A stretch of DNA of 48,237 nt from an uncultured Campylobacterales bacterium (GTDB lineage: Bacteria; Campylobacterota; Campylobacteria; Campylobacterales; QNZT01), in the NCBI GenBank assembly GCA_964447385.1, contig CAYUSV010000003.1:1-48237 (forward strand). Reading direction: 5' to 3'. Shown here one piece after another: positions 8,477 through 19,941 of this stretch. The notes beneath the pieces were generated by a model. It did no database searches. It saw only the letters and a program-made list of their open reading frames with translations, and was not told the DNA's origin. The position numbers and the translations under genes were made by a program. Each line of letters opens with the position of its first letter. Within the stretch, counting starts at the first letter, position 1.

Positions 8477-9031
8477 TTGTCATTTTTATACGATAAACAC
8501 TCACATTTTAATTTAGCCAATTTAGTGACTTTTTCAAATATAAGTGCAGGTATCATAGCTTTGTATTTTATACAAGAGGGTAATTTTTTTATAGCTATTG
8601 TGTTGGCTTGGATTGCTGGTGGACTTGATATACTTGATGGAAAGATTGCTAGAAAATACAATCTTTCATGTGAGTTTGGTATACAAATCGACTCATTCGC
8701 TGATTTTATCTCTTTTGTTGTGATGCCGTCATTTTTGCTTTTTTATGCAATACAAAAAGATAGTGGTTTTGAGACATTTGTAGTAGGTATAGTTTGTATC
8801 TACTATATAATAAGCGGTTTAAGAAGATTGATAGAATTTAATATCCAAAGTAAAGAGGGTGAAGTTGCAAAATATTTTATCGGAGTTCCAACACCCTTAG
8901 GTGCGATACTCCTATGGGTGCTTTATCTAGTCTATTCATATGATGCTATCACAAGTTTATATCTGTTGTTACCGTTAATTGCAATAGTTGCATATTTATT
9001 AAACTCAAAGGTAAAAATTCCACATCCATAA
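8477..9031 (+). CDS. pssA: CDP-alcohol phosphatidyltransferase, phosphatidylserine synthase-like
   Basis: Signature DILDGKIAR..FGIQIDSFADFISF; RL..FN and FIGVPTP motifs; TTG start after AAGG. Confidence 0.8.
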   Translation: MSFLYDKHSHFNLANLVTFSNISAGIIALYFIQEGNFFIAIVLAWIAGGLDILDGKIARKYNLSCEFGIQIDSFADFISFVVMPSFLLFYAIQKDSGFETFVVGIVCIYYIISGLRRLIEFNIQSKEGEVAKYFIGVPTPLGAILLWVLYLVYSYDAITSLYLLLPLIAIVAYLLNSKVKIPHP

Positions 9032-9082
9032 AATCAAACTTAAAAAAATTATATATTTGTTGCAATATCTTTAATTTTAAAA

Positions 9083-9117
9083 TAGTTTTTCTTCCTTGTA
9101 AAAAGGAAGAAAAACTA
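9083..9117. terminator. Perfect 15-bp inverted repeat, probable terminator downstream of pssA
   Basis: TAGTTTTTCTTCCTT-GTAAA-AAGGAAGAAAAACTA. Confidence 0.55.
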
Positions 9118-9147
9118 AGCAATTTCTTGTCAAAAGCCCAAAACTTC

Positions 9148-9176
9148 TTGACATTACAACTCTTTTTTAGTATACT
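9148..9176 (+). promoter_or_regulatory. sigma70 promoter of the S10 operon
   Basis: TTGACA(9148-9153)-17 nt-TATACT(9171-9176), 54 nt upstream of rpsJ. Confidence 0.8.
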
Positions 9177-9230
9177 CCACCTTCAAATTTATGTCAGAAT
9201 TACTTTTGACGAGTTCTTTTAAGGAAAATT

Positions 9231-9542
9231 ATGGAAAAAATTAGACTTAAGCTTAAGGCTTATGATCATAGGGTTTTAGATAGATCAGTTTCGGCTATTG
9301 TCGATTCAGTGAAGAGAACCGGTGCTGAGATAAGAGGTCCAATACCTCTACCTACAAAAATCAAAAAGTACACTGTACTTAGATCGCCGCATGTAAACAA
9401 AGATTCAAGAGAACAATTCGAAATGAGAATGCATTCACGACTAATCGATATCGTATCTGCAACAACTGATACAGTTGATTCACTCATGAAGCTTGATCTT
9501 GCTCCAGAGGTTAATGTCGAAGTAAGAGCAATGGGTAAGTAA
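9231..9542 (+). CDS. rpsJ: 30S ribosomal protein S10
   Basis: [37 protein letters not shown]. Confidence 0.99.
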   Translation: MEKIRLKLKAYDHRVLDRSVSAIVDSVKRTGAEIRGPIPLPTKIKKYTVLRSPHVNKDSREQFEMRMHSRLIDIVSATTDTVDSLMKLDLAPEVNVEVRAMGK

Positions 9543-9552
9543 GGGAGAGATG

Positions 9553-10131
9553 ATGGAATTTATAGTAGAAAAAATTGGAATGAGTAGAACGATAACAGTT
9601 CCAAGTATTCCTGTAACACTTGTAAAAGTTATTGATGCTAAAGTATGCGAAGTAGATGAAAGTAAAAGAGCTATTGTTGCTTACTCTAATGGTAAGAAAA
9701 ACAATAAAACTATTAATGGACAACAAAAAAAGTATAATTTAACAGCAGAGTTTAATAGATTTATCACGCTAAGTGTGACAAATAGTGAAGCCGGTGATCT
9801 TGATGCAGCAGTTTTAAGTGACTCAAATATAGTTAAAACAACTTTTAATACAAAAGGTAGAGGTTTTACTGGCGCTATTAAAAGACACGGTTTTTCAGGA
9901 GGTCCTGGAGCTCATGGTTCTAGATTTCATAGACGAGTTGGTTCAATTGGTAATGCAGAGTGGCCAGGGCGAGTACAAAGAGGTAAAAAAATGCCAGGAC
10001 ATTATGGTAATACACAAGTAACAGTTAAAAATGAAATAGTTTCATTTGATACAGAAACAGGTGTATTAGCACTAAAAGGTGCAGTACCTGGTGCAAATGG
10101 TGCACTTGGAAAAATAAGGATTGTTAAATGA
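9553..10131 (+). CDS. rplC: 50S ribosomal protein L3
   Basis: [42 protein letters not shown]; ATG 9553 is better spaced from GGGAG than ATG 9550. Confidence 0.98.
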   Translation: MEFIVEKIGMSRTITVPSIPVTLVKVIDAKVCEVDESKRAIVAYSNGKKNNKTINGQQKKYNLTAEFNRFITLSVTNSEAGDLDAAVLSDSNIVKTTFNTKGRGFTGAIKRHGFSGGPGAHGSRFHRRVGSIGNAEWPGRVQRGKKMPGHYGNTQVTVKNEIVSFDTETGVLALKGAVPGANGALGKIRIVK

Positions 10132-10742
10132 GCAAAGCAGTAGTGCTAGATAGCAAGTTTGAAAAAAGTGCAGAGATTGATTTGCCAGAGAGTTTTAGTG
10201 ATATTAATTCACATAACTTATATCTATATGTGAAGTCTTACCAAGCAGCACTTCGGGCAAATACTGCCGTAACAAAGACAAGAAGTGAAGTAAGAGGCGG
10301 TGGTAAAAAACCATTTGCACAAAAAGGTGGCGGACGAGCAAGAGCTGGATCAACTAGAAGTCCAATTTGGGTTGGCGGTGGAGTTGCACACGGACCTAAA
10401 AACAATAGAAATTATATGCAAAAAGTCAACAAAAAGCAAAAAAAACTTGCACTGAATTTTGCATTAAATGAAAAAGCAGAAGCTGGTAAGCTATTGATTG
10501 TTGATAGTATATCTATAGAATCAGGAAAGACAAAAGATGCGTTTGCATTTGTAAATGCTTTAAATGTTAGAGATGTTTTAGTGGTTAAAGATTTGGTAGA
10601 TGAGAAGAGCTTTTATGCATTTAGAAATCTTGACAATGCATATCTTGTTGAAGGTAATGAATTAAACGGATACACAGCTGCTGCTTTTGAAGCAATTGTG
10701 ATAGAAAAAAGTGTTTTTGAGACACTAACAAAAGAGGGCTAA
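10128..10742 (+). CDS. rplD: 50S ribosomal protein L4
   Basis: [26 protein letters not shown]. Confidence 0.98.
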   Translation: MSKAVVLDSKFEKSAEIDLPESFSDINSHNLYLYVKSYQAALRANTAVTKTRSEVRGGGKKPFAQKGGGRARAGSTRSPIWVGGGVAHGPKNNRNYMQKVNKKQKKLALNFALNEKAEAGKLLIVDSISIESGKTKDAFAFVNALNVRDVLVVKDLVDEKSFYAFRNLDNAYLVEGNELNGYTAAAFEAIVIEKSVFETLTKEG

Positions 10743-10743
10743 G

Positions 10744-11025
10744 ATGGCAGATATTACAGATATTAAATCAATACTTTATACTGAAAAAAGTTTAACTCTT
10801 CAAGAAGATGGGGTTGTTGTAATTCAAACAAGTCCAAGAATGACAAAAAATGGTTTAAAAGAGGTTTTAAGAGAGTATTTTGGTTTTATTCCTTTGAGAG
10901 TTAATTCTATGAACCAAAAAGGTAAAGTTAAAAAGTTTAAAGGTATCCCAGGAAAAAGAGATAATTTCAAAAAATTTTATGTCACTCTTCCTGAAGGTGC
11001 AAAAATAGAAAGTTTGGAGGTATAA
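10744..11025 (+). CDS. rplW: 50S ribosomal protein L23
   Basis: TEKS, KKFYVTL; position between rplD and rplB. Confidence 0.97.
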   Translation: MADITDIKSILYTEKSLTLQEDGVVVIQTSPRMTKNGLKEVLREYFGFIPLRVNSMNQKGKVKKFKGIPGKRDNFKKFYVTLPEGAKIESLEV

Positions 11026-11026
11026 G

Positions 11027-11857
11027 ATGGCAATTAAATCATATAGACCTTATACACCTAGCCGAAGATATATGACAGGGTTAGACTCTAGTGATATTAC
11101 TGCAAAAGCTAGTGTTCCGTCGCTATTAAAAAAATTACCAAGAAGTGCGGGTAGAAATAACCACGGTAGAATCACTTCAAGACATAGAGAAGCAGGGGCT
11201 AAAAAGCATTATAGAATTATCGATTTTAAAAGAAGAAAGTTTGACATCGAAGGTACTATTAGTGCAATTGAGTACGATCCATATAGAAATTGTAGAATTG
11301 CTCTTGTTACTTATGTTGATGGAGAAAAAAGATATATCATTCAGCCTTCAGGTATCAAAGTAGGTGATAAGATTCAAGCTTCTGAAAAAGGTCTTGATAT
11401 CAAGCCTGGAAATGCAATGAAGATGAAAAATATACCTATTGGAACAATTATTCATAATATTGAGATGAAACCTGGTAAGGGTGCTCAGATAGCTAGAAGT
11501 GCAGGTGGTTATGCTCAACTTATGGGTAAAGAAGAGAAATATGTAGTACTTCGTCTTCCAAGTGGTGAGATGAGGCAGATATTATCTGAGTGTATGGCAA
11601 CGATTGGTACTGTTGGTAGTGAAGATTGGGCAAATGTTGTTATCGGTAAAGCAGGACGAAATCGTCATCGTGGAATTAGACCTCAAACTAGAGGTTCTGC
11701 CATGAACCCAATCGATCACCCTCACGGTGGTGGTGAAGGTAAGACCAATGCAAGTAGACATCCTGTAAGTCCTTGGGGTATGCCTACTAAGGGTTATAAA
11801 ACTAGAAGAAAAAAAGCTAGTGATAAGTTGATTATCTCTAGAAAAAAAGGAAGATAG
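11027..11857 (+). CDS. rplB: 50S ribosomal protein L2
   Basis: [33 protein letters not shown]. Confidence 0.99.
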   Translation: MAIKSYRPYTPSRRYMTGLDSSDITAKASVPSLLKKLPRSAGRNNHGRITSRHREAGAKKHYRIIDFKRRKFDIEGTISAIEYDPYRNCRIALVTYVDGEKRYIIQPSGIKVGDKIQASEKGLDIKPGNAMKMKNIPIGTIIHNIEMKPGKGAQIARSAGGYAQLMGKEEKYVVLRLPSGEMRQILSECMATIGTVGSEDWANVVIGKAGRNRHRGIRPQTRGSAMNPIDHPHGGGEGKTNASRHPVSPWGMPTKGYKTRRKKASDKLIISRKKGR

Positions 11858-12136
11858 ATGGCTAGAAGTCTAAAAAAAGGTCCATTTATTGATGGTCACT
11901 TACTCAAAAAAGTAATCAAAGCCAAAGAGGGTGGAGATAAAAAACCTATCAAAACTTGGTCAAGAAGAAGTACAATCTTACCTGATATGATTGGTTTTAC
12001 TTTTTCAGTTCACAACGGAAGAAATTTTATCCCTGTATACATCACAGAGAACCACATCGGATATAAGCTTGGCGAATTTGCTCCAACAAGAACATTTAAG
12101 GGTCATAAGGGCTCTGTTCAAAAGAAAATAGGTTAA
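11858..12136 (+). CDS. rpsS: 30S ribosomal protein S19
   Basis: [24 protein letters not shown]. Confidence 0.99.
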   Translation: MARSLKKGPFIDGHLLKKVIKAKEGGDKKPIKTWSRRSTILPDMIGFTFSVHNGRNFIPVYITENHIGYKLGEFAPTRTFKGHKGSVQKKIG

Positions 12137-12145
12137 GGGTAGAGT

Positions 12146-12793
12146 ATGAGTAAAGCAACACTAAAATTTATCCGCCTTTCACCTACAAAAGCAAGGTTAA
12201 TTACTAGAGAAGTTCAAGGTATGAATGCAGAACTAGCACTTGCAAGTTTAGAATTTATGCCAAACAAAGCTGCTGGAATTATCGCTAAAGTTATTGCATC
12301 TGCAGTTGCAAATGGTGATTATGAGCCAGAGGAAGTTACAATACTCTCATGTAGAGTAGATAAAGGTCCAGTTCTTAAAAGATTTAGACCAAGAGCTAGA
12401 GGTTCGGCTTCTAGGATTTTAAAACCAACTTCACATATTTTCGTAGAGGTGGGAACAGCTTCTGTAGAAGATGAAAAACCAAAAAAAGAGCAAAAATCAG
12501 AGCCTATAAAAAAAGAGCAAAAACCTCTCAAAGAAGAAGTAAAAAAAGAGGCACCTAAAAGTGTATCAAAAGAGGTTGACTTAAATGACCTTAAACTTCT
12601 CTCTGGTGTTGGACCTGCTATGGAGAAAAAACTTCATGCTGAGGGTATCAAAACTATAAACCAAATTGCAGATATGAGTTCTGAGGAGATTGCCAAACTA
12701 GATGAAAAAATTGGTATAAAAGGCAAAATAGAAGATACTTGGATGGCTGAAGCTAAAGAGCTAATAAATCAAAATAATAAGAAGGAGTCTTAA
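12146..12793 (+). CDS. rplV: 50S ribosomal protein L22 with C-terminal K/E/P linker and helix-hairpin-helix domain
   Basis: L22 core residues 1-103 (SPTKARL, SAVAN, RPRARG, TSHIFV); extra residues ~147-207 [27 protein letters not shown]. Confidence 0.97.
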   Translation: MSKATLKFIRLSPTKARLITREVQGMNAELALASLEFMPNKAAGIIAKVIASAVANGDYEPEEVTILSCRVDKGPVLKRFRPRARGSASRILKPTSHIFVEVGTASVEDEKPKKEQKSEPIKKEQKPLKEEVKKEAPKSVSKEVDLNDLKLLSGVGPAMEKKLHAEGIKTINQIADMSSEEIAKLDEKIGIKGKIEDTWMAEAKELINQNNKKES

Positions 12794-12795
12794 AG

Positions 12796-13485
12796 ATGGG
12801 TCAAAAAGTTAATCCTATTGGTCTTAGATTGGGTCTAAATAGAAATTGGGACTCAAGATGGTACCCATCTTCTGAGTCCACTGTTACAAATATTGGCGAA
12901 GATCACAAAATCAGAACTTTTATAAAAAAAGAGCTCTATTATGCAGGTGTTAGTCAAATTATTATAGAGAGAACTGCAAAAAAACTTAGAGTTACTATAG
13001 TTTCTGCGCGTCCTGGAATTATCATTGGTAAAAAGGGTGCAGATATTGAGAAGCTTAGAGTTAAGCTTGATAAACTTGTTGGAAAGCCAGTTAATGTAAA
13101 TATCAAAGAAGAGAGAAAACCTCAAGCTTCAGCACAACTTGCAGCTGAAAATGTTGCAACACAACTAGAGAGAAGAGTTGCATTTAGAAGAGCTATGAAA
13201 AAAGTTATTCAAGGTGCTATGAAAAGTGGTGCTAAGGGTATTAAAGTTTCAGTAGCAGGAAGACTTGGTGGAGCTGAGATGGCTAGGACTGAGTGGTATT
13301 TAGAAGGACGTGTTCCTCTTCATACCCTAAGAGCAAAAATTGATTATGGTTTTGCAGAAGCTCAAACTACTTATGGAATTATAGGTGTAAAAGTTTGGAT
13401 TTTTAAAGGTGAAGTGTTAGCTAAAGGTATTCAAGCTGAGAAAAAAGAGCCTTCAAAACCTAGAAGTAAAAGAAGAGGTGAATAA
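12796..13485 (+). CDS. rpsC: 30S ribosomal protein S3
   Basis: [41 protein letters not shown]. Confidence 0.99.
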   Translation: MGQKVNPIGLRLGLNRNWDSRWYPSSESTVTNIGEDHKIRTFIKKELYYAGVSQIIIERTAKKLRVTIVSARPGIIIGKKGADIEKLRVKLDKLVGKPVNVNIKEERKPQASAQLAAENVATQLERRVAFRRAMKKVIQGAMKSGAKGIKVSVAGRLGGAEMARTEWYLEGRVPLHTLRAKIDYGFAEAQTTYGIIGVKVWIFKGEVLAKGIQAEKKEPSKPRSKRRGE

Positions 13486-13487
13486 CC

Positions 13488-13913
13488 ATGTTAATGCCAA
13501 AAAGAACAAAATATAGAAAGCAGATGAAAGGAAGAAATAGAGGTAAATCTTATAGAGGTAACTCTATTGCTTTTGGTGAAATTGCACTTAAAGCTACAGA
13601 AGCTGGTCGTATTGGTTCTCGTCAAATTGAAGCAGCTAGGATTGCAATGACTAGACATGTGAAAAGAGAAGCAAAATCTTGGATCAGAGTTTTTCCTGAT
13701 AAGCCTTTGACAGCTAAGCCATTAGAGACAAGAATGGGTAAAGGTAAAGGTGCAGTTGATAGATGGGTTATGAATATTAAGCCCGGTAGAATTATTTTTG
13801 AGATGGCAGGAGTTAGTGAAGAGTTAGCGCGTGAAGCGTTGACATTGGCTAAACATAAATTGCCTTTCAAGACAAAAATTGTAACTCGAGAGATAGAAAA
13901 TGAAATATACTGA
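13488..13913 (+). CDS. rplP: 50S ribosomal protein L16
   Basis: [25 protein letters not shown]. Confidence 0.99.
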   Translation: MLMPKRTKYRKQMKGRNRGKSYRGNSIAFGEIALKATEAGRIGSRQIEAARIAMTRHVKREAKSWIRVFPDKPLTAKPLETRMGKGKGAVDRWVMNIKPGRIIFEMAGVSEELAREALTLAKHKLPFKTKIVTREIENEIY

Positions 13914-14094
13914 TTTGAAAGATAAAGATACAAAAGCGTTAAGCGAATTGTTAAAAGAGAAAAAGTTACTGCTTTTTAAGTTGAAATCAAAGCTTAGAAC
14001 TATGCAGTTAAACAATCCAAATGAAATTAGAGAAGTTAAAAAAGATATAGCAAGAGTTCAAACTGCTATAACTTCAGCTTCAAGAGAGGCATAA
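13900..14094 (+). CDS. rpmC: 50S ribosomal protein L29
   Basis: [20 protein letters not shown]; position. Confidence 0.96.
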   Translation: MKYTDLKDKDTKALSELLKEKKLLLFKLKSKLRTMQLNNPNEIREVKKDIARVQTAITSASREA

Positions 14095-14096
14095 GT

Positions 14097-14345
14097 ATGG
14101 CTTTAAAAGAGATAACAGGAAAAGTAGTAAAAATTGCTGGTAATAAAACAGCAACTATGGTAGTTGAGAGAAGAGTTATGCATCCAAGATATCACAAAAT
14201 CGTAAAGAGATTTAAAAAGTATCTTATTCATGATGAGAATAACGAAGCAAAAGCAGGTGACATTGTAAAAGCTAAAGAGTGTAAACCATTGTCAAAAAAT
14301 AAATCTTTTACACTTACACAAGTTGTGCAAAAAGGAGTTGAGTAA
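14097..14345 (+). CDS. rpsQ: 30S ribosomal protein S17
   Basis: [22 protein letters not shown]. Confidence 0.98.
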   Translation: MALKEITGKVVKIAGNKTATMVVERRVMHPRYHKIVKRFKKYLIHDENNEAKAGDIVKAKECKPLSKNKSFTLTQVVQKGVE

Positions 14346-14713
14346 TGATCCAAGGTTTTACTAGACTTGCAGTTGCTGACAATAGTGGTGCAAAAGAGAT
14401 TATGTGTATAAAAGTTCTTGGTGGTAGTAAAAGAAGATATGCAAGTGTTGGTGATGTAATCGTTGCATCAATTAAAAAAGCTACACCTAATGGAAAAGTA
14501 AAAAAAGGTCAAGTTATAAAAGCTGTTGTTGTTAGAACAAAAAAAGAGATTCAAAGAGAAAACGGCTCTTTAATTCGTTTTGATGAAAATGCTGCTGTTA
14601 TACTTGATGCAAAAAGTGAGCCTATTGGAACTCGTATTTTTGGCCCAATTGGTCGTGAAGTTAGATATGCAGGTTATATGAAAATTGTATCACTTGCACC
14701 GGAGGTTTTATAA
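14345..14713 (+). CDS. rplN: 50S ribosomal protein L14
   Basis: [32 protein letters not shown]. Confidence 0.99.
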   Translation: MIQGFTRLAVADNSGAKEIMCIKVLGGSKRRYASVGDVIVASIKKATPNGKVKKGQVIKAVVVRTKKEIQRENGSLIRFDENAAVILDAKSEPIGTRIFGPIGREVRYAGYMKIVSLAPEVL

Positions 14714-14940
14714 TGGCTTTAAAAATTAAAAAAGGCGATACTGTTAAAATTATAGCAGGTGATGATAAAGGCAAAGAAGCAGAAGTGCTAAAAGTTATGC
14801 CTAAATCTTCACAAGTGGTAGTTTCTGGTTGTAAATTGGTTAAAAAATCGATCAAGCCAACAGAGAAAAGTCCACAGGGTGGTTTTGAGAGTAAAGAGAT
14901 GCCTATTCATATTTCAAATGTTGAAAAAGTAGAAGGTTAA
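14713..14940 (+). CDS. rplX: 50S ribosomal protein L24 (short form)
   Basis: [21 protein letters not shown] motif, EMPIHISNV. Confidence 0.98.
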   Translation: MALKIKKGDTVKIIAGDDKGKEAEVLKVMPKSSQVVVSGCKLVKKSIKPTEKSPQGGFESKEMPIHISNVEKVEG

Positions 14941-14943
14941 GAG

Positions 14944-15492
14944 ATGGCTAGACTTAAAGATAAATTTATAAATGATGTAAAACCAGCTTTGGTAAAAGAG
15001 TTTGATATCAAAAATCCTATGCAAATTCCTGCATTAGAGAAGATATCAATTAGTGTTGGTGCAGGCGAAGAGGCAAAAGATAGTAAAATATTACAAAATA
15101 TTCAAGATACGATTTCATTGATTGCAGGTCAGCATGCAGTTGTTACAAAAGCTAAAAAATCAATTGCAGGTTTTAAACTTAGAGAAAACTATCCAATAGG
15201 TGTAAAAGTGACTCTTCGTGGAGAGAATATGTATACTTTTTTAGATAAGCTTATCTCTATTGCACTTCCTAGAGTGAGAGATTTTAGAGGTGTTGCTAGA
15301 AATGGATTTGATGGAAGAGGTAACTACAGTTTTGGATTGGATGAACAGCTTGTCTTTGCTGAAGTAAAATTTGATGATATTATAAAAACACATGGTATGA
15401 ACATCACAATTGTGACAACAAGTGAAGATGACAAAGAGTCTTTAAAATTGTTAGAGTTAATGGGCATGCCATTTGCAAAGGAGCGCGTGTAA
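14944..15492 (+). CDS. rplE: 50S ribosomal protein L5
   Basis: [27 protein letters not shown]. Confidence 0.99.
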   Translation: MARLKDKFINDVKPALVKEFDIKNPMQIPALEKISISVGAGEEAKDSKILQNIQDTISLIAGQHAVVTKAKKSIAGFKLRENYPIGVKVTLRGENMYTFLDKLISIALPRVRDFRGVARNGFDGRGNYSFGLDEQLVFAEVKFDDIIKTHGMNITIVTTSEDDKESLKLLELMGMPFAKERV

Positions 15493-15677
15493 TGGCAAAA
15501 AAATCGATGATAGCAAAAGCTAAGAGAACTCCAAAGTTTTCAAGTAGAGCTTATACAAGATGCCAAATTTGTGGTAGACCGCATTCAGTTTTAAGAGATT
15601 TTGGAATTTGTAGAATCTGTTTTAGAAAAATGGCAAATGAGGGTAAATTACCTGGCGTTAAAAAATCAAGTTGGTAG
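15492..15677 (+). CDS. rpsN: 30S ribosomal protein S14, zinc-binding (type Z)
   Basis: 61 aa, [23 protein letters not shown]. Confidence 0.98.
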   Translation: MAKKSMIAKAKRTPKFSSRAYTRCQICGRPHSVLRDFGICRICFRKMANEGKLPGVKKSSW

Positions 15678-15686
15678 GGGATAGAT

Positions 15687-16082
15687 ATGGTAAATGATTT
15701 AGTAGCAGATGCACTAACAAGAATTAGAAATGCCTCTATGAGAAAGTTAGAAGTGACACAGCTTTTACACTCAAAACTTGTAGAGTCAGTTGTTAAGATA
15801 ATAGCTGAAAAAGATTATATCGAAAGTTATAATGTAATTGAAAATGGCAATAAAAAATTAATCAAAGTAGTTTTAAAATATGATGAGCATGGAGAGAGAG
15901 TAATCACTGAAGTGAAGATGATTTCCAAACAAGGTCGTCGTGTTTATAAGCCATCTTCTGAAATAAAAAAGTTTAAAAATGGTTATGGAACAATAGTAGT
16001 TAGTACCTCAAAAGGTGTAATGAGTAATGAAATTGCATACAAAGAGGGTGTAGGTGGCGAACTTATCTGTAGTATATGGTAA
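15687..16082 (+). CDS. rpsH: 30S ribosomal protein S8
   Basis: [31 protein letters not shown]. Confidence 0.99.
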   Translation: MVNDLVADALTRIRNASMRKLEVTQLLHSKLVESVVKIIAEKDYIESYNVIENGNKKLIKVVLKYDEHGERVITEVKMISKQGRRVYKPSSEIKKFKNGYGTIVVSTSKGVMSNEIAYKEGVGGELICSIW

Positions 16083-16136
16083 GCGTTGAACTTTACGGCA
16101 TTCGATTATATTTCGTAGACAAGTAAAAGGAAAAAA

Positions 16137-16673
16137 ATGTCAAGAATAGGAAAACAACCGGTTTTGATTCCAGCGGGGGTTGAAGTTGGTTTAAATGGTG
16201 GAATTTTATCTTTTAAAAAAGGTAATGTACAAAAAGAGTTAGATACAAAAGAGTTAGTAAATATAAAAGTAGAGAATAATGAAATCGTTTTCACTCCAAA
16301 AGGTGATGATCGAGAGAATAGAGCATTTTGGGGTACTTTTAGAGCAATAAGCAATAATATCATTGTAGGTTTAATACAAGGATATGAGAAAAAACTTGAA
16401 ATTAATGGTGTTGGATATAAAGCTGCTGTTAAAGGTAATGTGCTAGAGCTCAATCTTGGGTTTTCGCATCCAATTAATTATGACTTCCCTAAAGATATAC
16501 AAATTGCTGTAGAGAAAAATTTAGTTACTATTAAGGGCAATGACAAACAAGTCGTGGGTCAAATTGCAGCAGAGATTAGAAGTTTTAGACCACCTGAACC
16601 GTACAAAGGAAAAGGTGTTAAATATCAAGATGAGCATATTATCAGAAAAGCTGGTAAGACAGCGGCTAAGTAA
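16137..16673 (+). CDS. rplF: 50S ribosomal protein L6
   Basis: [31 protein letters not shown]. Confidence 0.99.
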   Translation: MSRIGKQPVLIPAGVEVGLNGGILSFKKGNVQKELDTKELVNIKVENNEIVFTPKGDDRENRAFWGTFRAISNNIIVGLIQGYEKKLEINGVGYKAAVKGNVLELNLGFSHPINYDFPKDIQIAVEKNLVTIKGNDKQVVGQIAAEIRSFRPPEPYKGKGVKYQDEHIIRKAGKTAAK

Positions 16674-16682
16674 GGGATATAA

Positions 16683-17039
16683 ATGAGATCAAAATTATTA
16701 AAACAGAAAAGTGCATTAAAAGCAAGAAGAGTAAGAAGAGTAAGAGCTAAAATTTCAGGAACGGAATCTGTTCCAAGAGTTGCATTTGTAAAATCTACTA
16801 GATATTTATATGCTCAGGCAATTGATGATGTCGCTGGAAATACACTAGCGAGTGTTGACGGGAAAAAAGAGGGTCAAAAAGCAAACAAAGAGTCAGCATC
16901 TGCTGTTGCTAAAGTATTTGCAGAAACCTTAAAAGCAAAAGGTATTGAAAAAGTTGTTCTTGATAGAAGAGGCGATAAGTATCATGGCGTGGTAGCGGCT
17001 TTTGCCGATGGACTAAGAGATAACGGAATAACACTGTAA
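16683..17039 (+). CDS. rplR: 50S ribosomal protein L18
   Basis: RVRAKISGT..PR, YAQAIDD, DR..KYHG. Confidence 0.97.
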   Translation: MRSKLLKQKSALKARRVRRVRAKISGTESVPRVAFVKSTRYLYAQAIDDVAGNTLASVDGKKEGQKANKESASAVAKVFAETLKAKGIEKVVLDRRGDKYHGVVAAFADGLRDNGITL

Positions 17040-17051
17040 GGATCAATGGAT

Positions 17052-17495
17052 ATGGAAAATATTAATAGAGAAGATTTTGAAGAGGTTATCGTTAACATCG
17101 GCAGAGTAACAAAAGTTGCAAAGGGTGGTAGAAGATTTAGATTTACTGCACTTGTCGTTGTTGGTAACAGAGAGGGAATTATTGGATTTGGTACTGGTAA
17201 AGCAAAAGAGGTTCCAAATGCAATTAAAAAAGGGGTTGATGATGCGTTTAAAAACCTGACACATGTTAATGTAAAAGGTTCAACAATAGCTCATGACATA
17301 GAAGTTAAGTTTAATTCAAGCAGAATTTTGTTAAAACCTGCATCTGAAGGTACAGGTGTAATTGCTGGTGGTGCAACAAGACCTGTTTTAGAACTTGCTG
17401 GAATTAAAGATATTTTGACAAAATCTTTAGGTTCAAATAACCCGGGAAATTTAGTAAGAGCTACTGTAAAAGCGCTTACAATGATAAAGCAATAA
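17052..17495 (+). CDS. rpsE: 30S ribosomal protein S5
   Basis: [33 protein letters not shown]; alternative ATG at 17046. Confidence 0.98.
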   Translation: MENINREDFEEVIVNIGRVTKVAKGGRRFRFTALVVVGNREGIIGFGTGKAKEVPNAIKKGVDDAFKNLTHVNVKGSTIAHDIEVKFNSSRILLKPASEGTGVIAGGATRPVLELAGIKDILTKSLGSNNPGNLVRATVKALTMIKQ

Positions 17496-17509
17496 TTTAA
17501 GGATAGTTT

Positions 17510-17914
17510 ATGGGATTACATAATTTAACACCTGCACCTGGTTCGACTAAGGGCAGAAAAAGAGTAGGTCGTGGACAAGGTAGTGGTATGGGTAAAACTG
17601 CATCACGTGGGGCAAACGGTCAAAAAAGTAGATCAGGTTATAAAATAAAAAGAGGTTTTGAAGGTGGACAACAACCTTTGCAAAAAAGACTTCCAAAAGT
17701 TGGTTTTAGTTCACGCGTTGTAAAACCATATAGTATCAGTATCGATAGAGTTCCAAAAATTGCAGAGCTTGATGAGATCACAATAAAGTCAATTAAAACA
17801 GTTCATAAAATGCAAAATAGTATAAAAAAAGTAAAACTCATTGGCTTAGGTGCAAAGGAGTTAGCTTCAAAAATTAAAGATGAGAATGTACTTTATACTG
17901 GTATGAACAAATGA
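17510..17914 (+). CDS. rplO: 50S ribosomal protein L15
   Basis: [26 protein letters not shown]. Confidence 0.98.
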   Translation: MGLHNLTPAPGSTKGRKRVGRGQGSGMGKTASRGANGQKSRSGYKIKRGFEGGQQPLQKRLPKVGFSSRVVKPYSISIDRVPKIAELDEITIKSIKTVHKMQNSIKKVKLIGLGAKELASKIKDENVLYTGMNK

Positions 17915-19170
17915 GTAAAGACTTAACAAATAAGATATTAATCACGCTTGGTTTCTTATTTGCCTATAGGATTCTCTCCTATGTGCCTGTTCCTGGTGTA
18001 AATGTTGATGTTATTAAGCAATTTTTTGATGCAAATTCTAACAATGCACTTGGAATGGTAAATATGTTTAGTGGTGATGCTGTAAGTCGTCTTAGTATCA
18101 TTTCACTAGGTATTATGCCATATATTACCGCCTCAATTATCATGGAGCTTCTTGCAGCTACCTTTCCTTCGTTAGCTCAAATGAAAAAAGAACGAGATGG
18201 CATGACAAAGTATATGCAAATTATCAGGTATGCAACTGTAGTAATTACATTTTTTCAAGCCATTGGTGTTTCGATGGGTCTTCAAAGCTTAGGAAGTGCC
18301 AGTAATCCTGCTATTATGATTGATATGAGTCTATTTATACCTATTGCGGCTTTTTCTATGTTAGCGGGTACTATGATGTTAATGTGGATAGGTGAACAGA
18401 TTACCCAGCGCGGTATTGGTAATGGTATATCGTTGATTATTTTTGCAGGTATTGTTTCAGGTATTCCTTCTGCAATTGGTGGAACTGTAAATCTTATCAA
18501 TACAGGAGAGTTAAATTTCTTGGCTGTAATTGGAATGATTGCTGTTATTTTGATTACTATTGGAGTTATTATTTATGTTGAGTTGGGCGAGAGGCGTGTA
18601 CCTATCTCTTATTCTAGAAAAACTATGATGGATAATCAAAACAAAAGAGTTATGAATTATATTCCGATAAAGGTCAATTTAAGTGGTGTAATTCCACCTA
18701 TTTTTGCCTCTGCGATATTGATGATGCCAGCAACCTTGCTTCAAGGTAGTACTAACCCTACAGTATTGGCAATTTCAGATGCATTGAGCCCTGGTGGATA
18801 TATGTTTAATATACTGATGTTTTTGTTTGTTGTATTTTTTGCGTATTTTTATGCTTCTATTGTATTTAATGCAAAAGATATATCTGAAAACTTAAAAAAG
18901 CAGGGTGGATTTATACCAGGTGTTAGACCAGGTAAAAGTACTGCTGAATTTATAAATGAAGTTGCAGGAAGACTTACTACAAGTGGAGCAATCTATCTTG
19001 GTCTTATATCTACATTGCCATTTATTATAGTAAAATCTATGGGAATACCATTTTATTTTGGTGGTGTTGCTGTACTAATTGTAGTTCAAGTTGCACTTGA
19101 TACCATGCGAAAGATTGAAGCTCAAGTTTATATGAATAAATATAACACACTAGGTAATGTTGGACTTTAA
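17911..19170 (+). CDS. secY: Preprotein translocase subunit SecY
   Basis: [43 protein letters not shown]. Confidence 0.99.
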   Translation: MSKDLTNKILITLGFLFAYRILSYVPVPGVNVDVIKQFFDANSNNALGMVNMFSGDAVSRLSIISLGIMPYITASIIMELLAATFPSLAQMKKERDGMTKYMQIIRYATVVITFFQAIGVSMGLQSLGSASNPAIMIDMSLFIPIAAFSMLAGTMMLMWIGEQITQRGIGNGISLIIFAGIVSGIPSAIGGTVNLINTGELNFLAVIGMIAVILITIGVIIYVELGERRVPISYSRKTMMDNQNKRVMNYIPIKVNLSGVIPPIFASAILMMPATLLQGSTNPTVLAISDALSPGGYMFNILMFLFVVFFAYFYASIVFNAKDISENLKKQGGFIPGVRPGKSTAEFINEVAGRLTTSGAIYLGLISTLPFIIVKSMGIPFYFGGVAVLIVVQVALDTMRKIEAQVYMNKYNTLGNVGL

Positions 19171-19174
19171 TTAG

Positions 19175-19933
19175 ATGGCTATTTCTATCAAGAAACCCTT
19201 AGAGATTGATAAACTAAGGGTTTCAAACTCATATGTCGCAAAAGCCTTAAATCATCTTGAAACTTATGTTCGTAGTGGCATGACACTTAACGAAATAAAT
19301 GCTATGGGTGAAGATTTTATCTCATCACTTGATGCAAGAGCTTCATTTAAAGGTCTTTACGGATTTCCATCAGGGGTTTGTACCTCTTTAAATAGTGTTA
19401 TTATCCATGGTATTCCAAATGATGATGTTGTCAAAGATGGTGATATATTGGGACTTGATATAGGGATTGAAAAAGATGGTTGGTTTGGTGATGCTGCTAT
19501 TACGCTTCCTATTGGAGAGATAAGTGCTGAAGATGAGAAGTTGATAGCTTGCTCATATAATGCACTCAATTTTGCGATAGATATTATAAAACCAGGTATG
19601 CGTTTTAAAGAGCTTAGTTTTGAGCTTGAAAATTTTATTGTTAATGCTGGATATGTTCCTTTAAGAGGATTTTGTGGTCATGGCATAGGTAAAAAGCCTC
19701 ATGAAGAGCCTGAGATTCCAAACTATTTAGATGGGAAAAATCCAAAACAGGGTCCAAAAATAAAAAATGGTATGGTCTTTTGTATAGAGCCGATGATTTG
19801 TCAAGTTAGTGGAAAAGCAGTTATACTTGATGATAAATGGTCGGTTGTTTCAGAAGACAATTTAAGAGGTGCTCACTATGAGCATACAGTAGCTGTTATA
19901 AATAATAGAGCCGAAATTCTTTCGGTGCAATAG
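19175..19933 (+). CDS. map: Methionine aminopeptidase type I
   Basis: HGIP, GWFGD, GHGIG..HEEP, IEPM, AHYEHT. Confidence 0.98.
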   Translation: MAISIKKPLEIDKLRVSNSYVAKALNHLETYVRSGMTLNEINAMGEDFISSLDARASFKGLYGFPSGVCTSLNSVIIHGIPNDDVVKDGDILGLDIGIEKDGWFGDAAITLPIGEISAEDEKLIACSYNALNFAIDIIKPGMRFKELSFELENFIVNAGYVPLRGFCGHGIGKKPHEEPEIPNYLDGKNPKQGPKIKNGMVFCIEPMICQVSGKAVILDDKWSVVSEDNLRGAHYEHTVAVINNRAEILSVQ

Positions 19934-19941
19934 GAGAATAT

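Noticed and set aside
17496-19174. No rpmD (L30) between rpsE and rplO and no adk between secY and map
   Set aside because: Normal for Campylobacterota; useful for taxonomy but not novel
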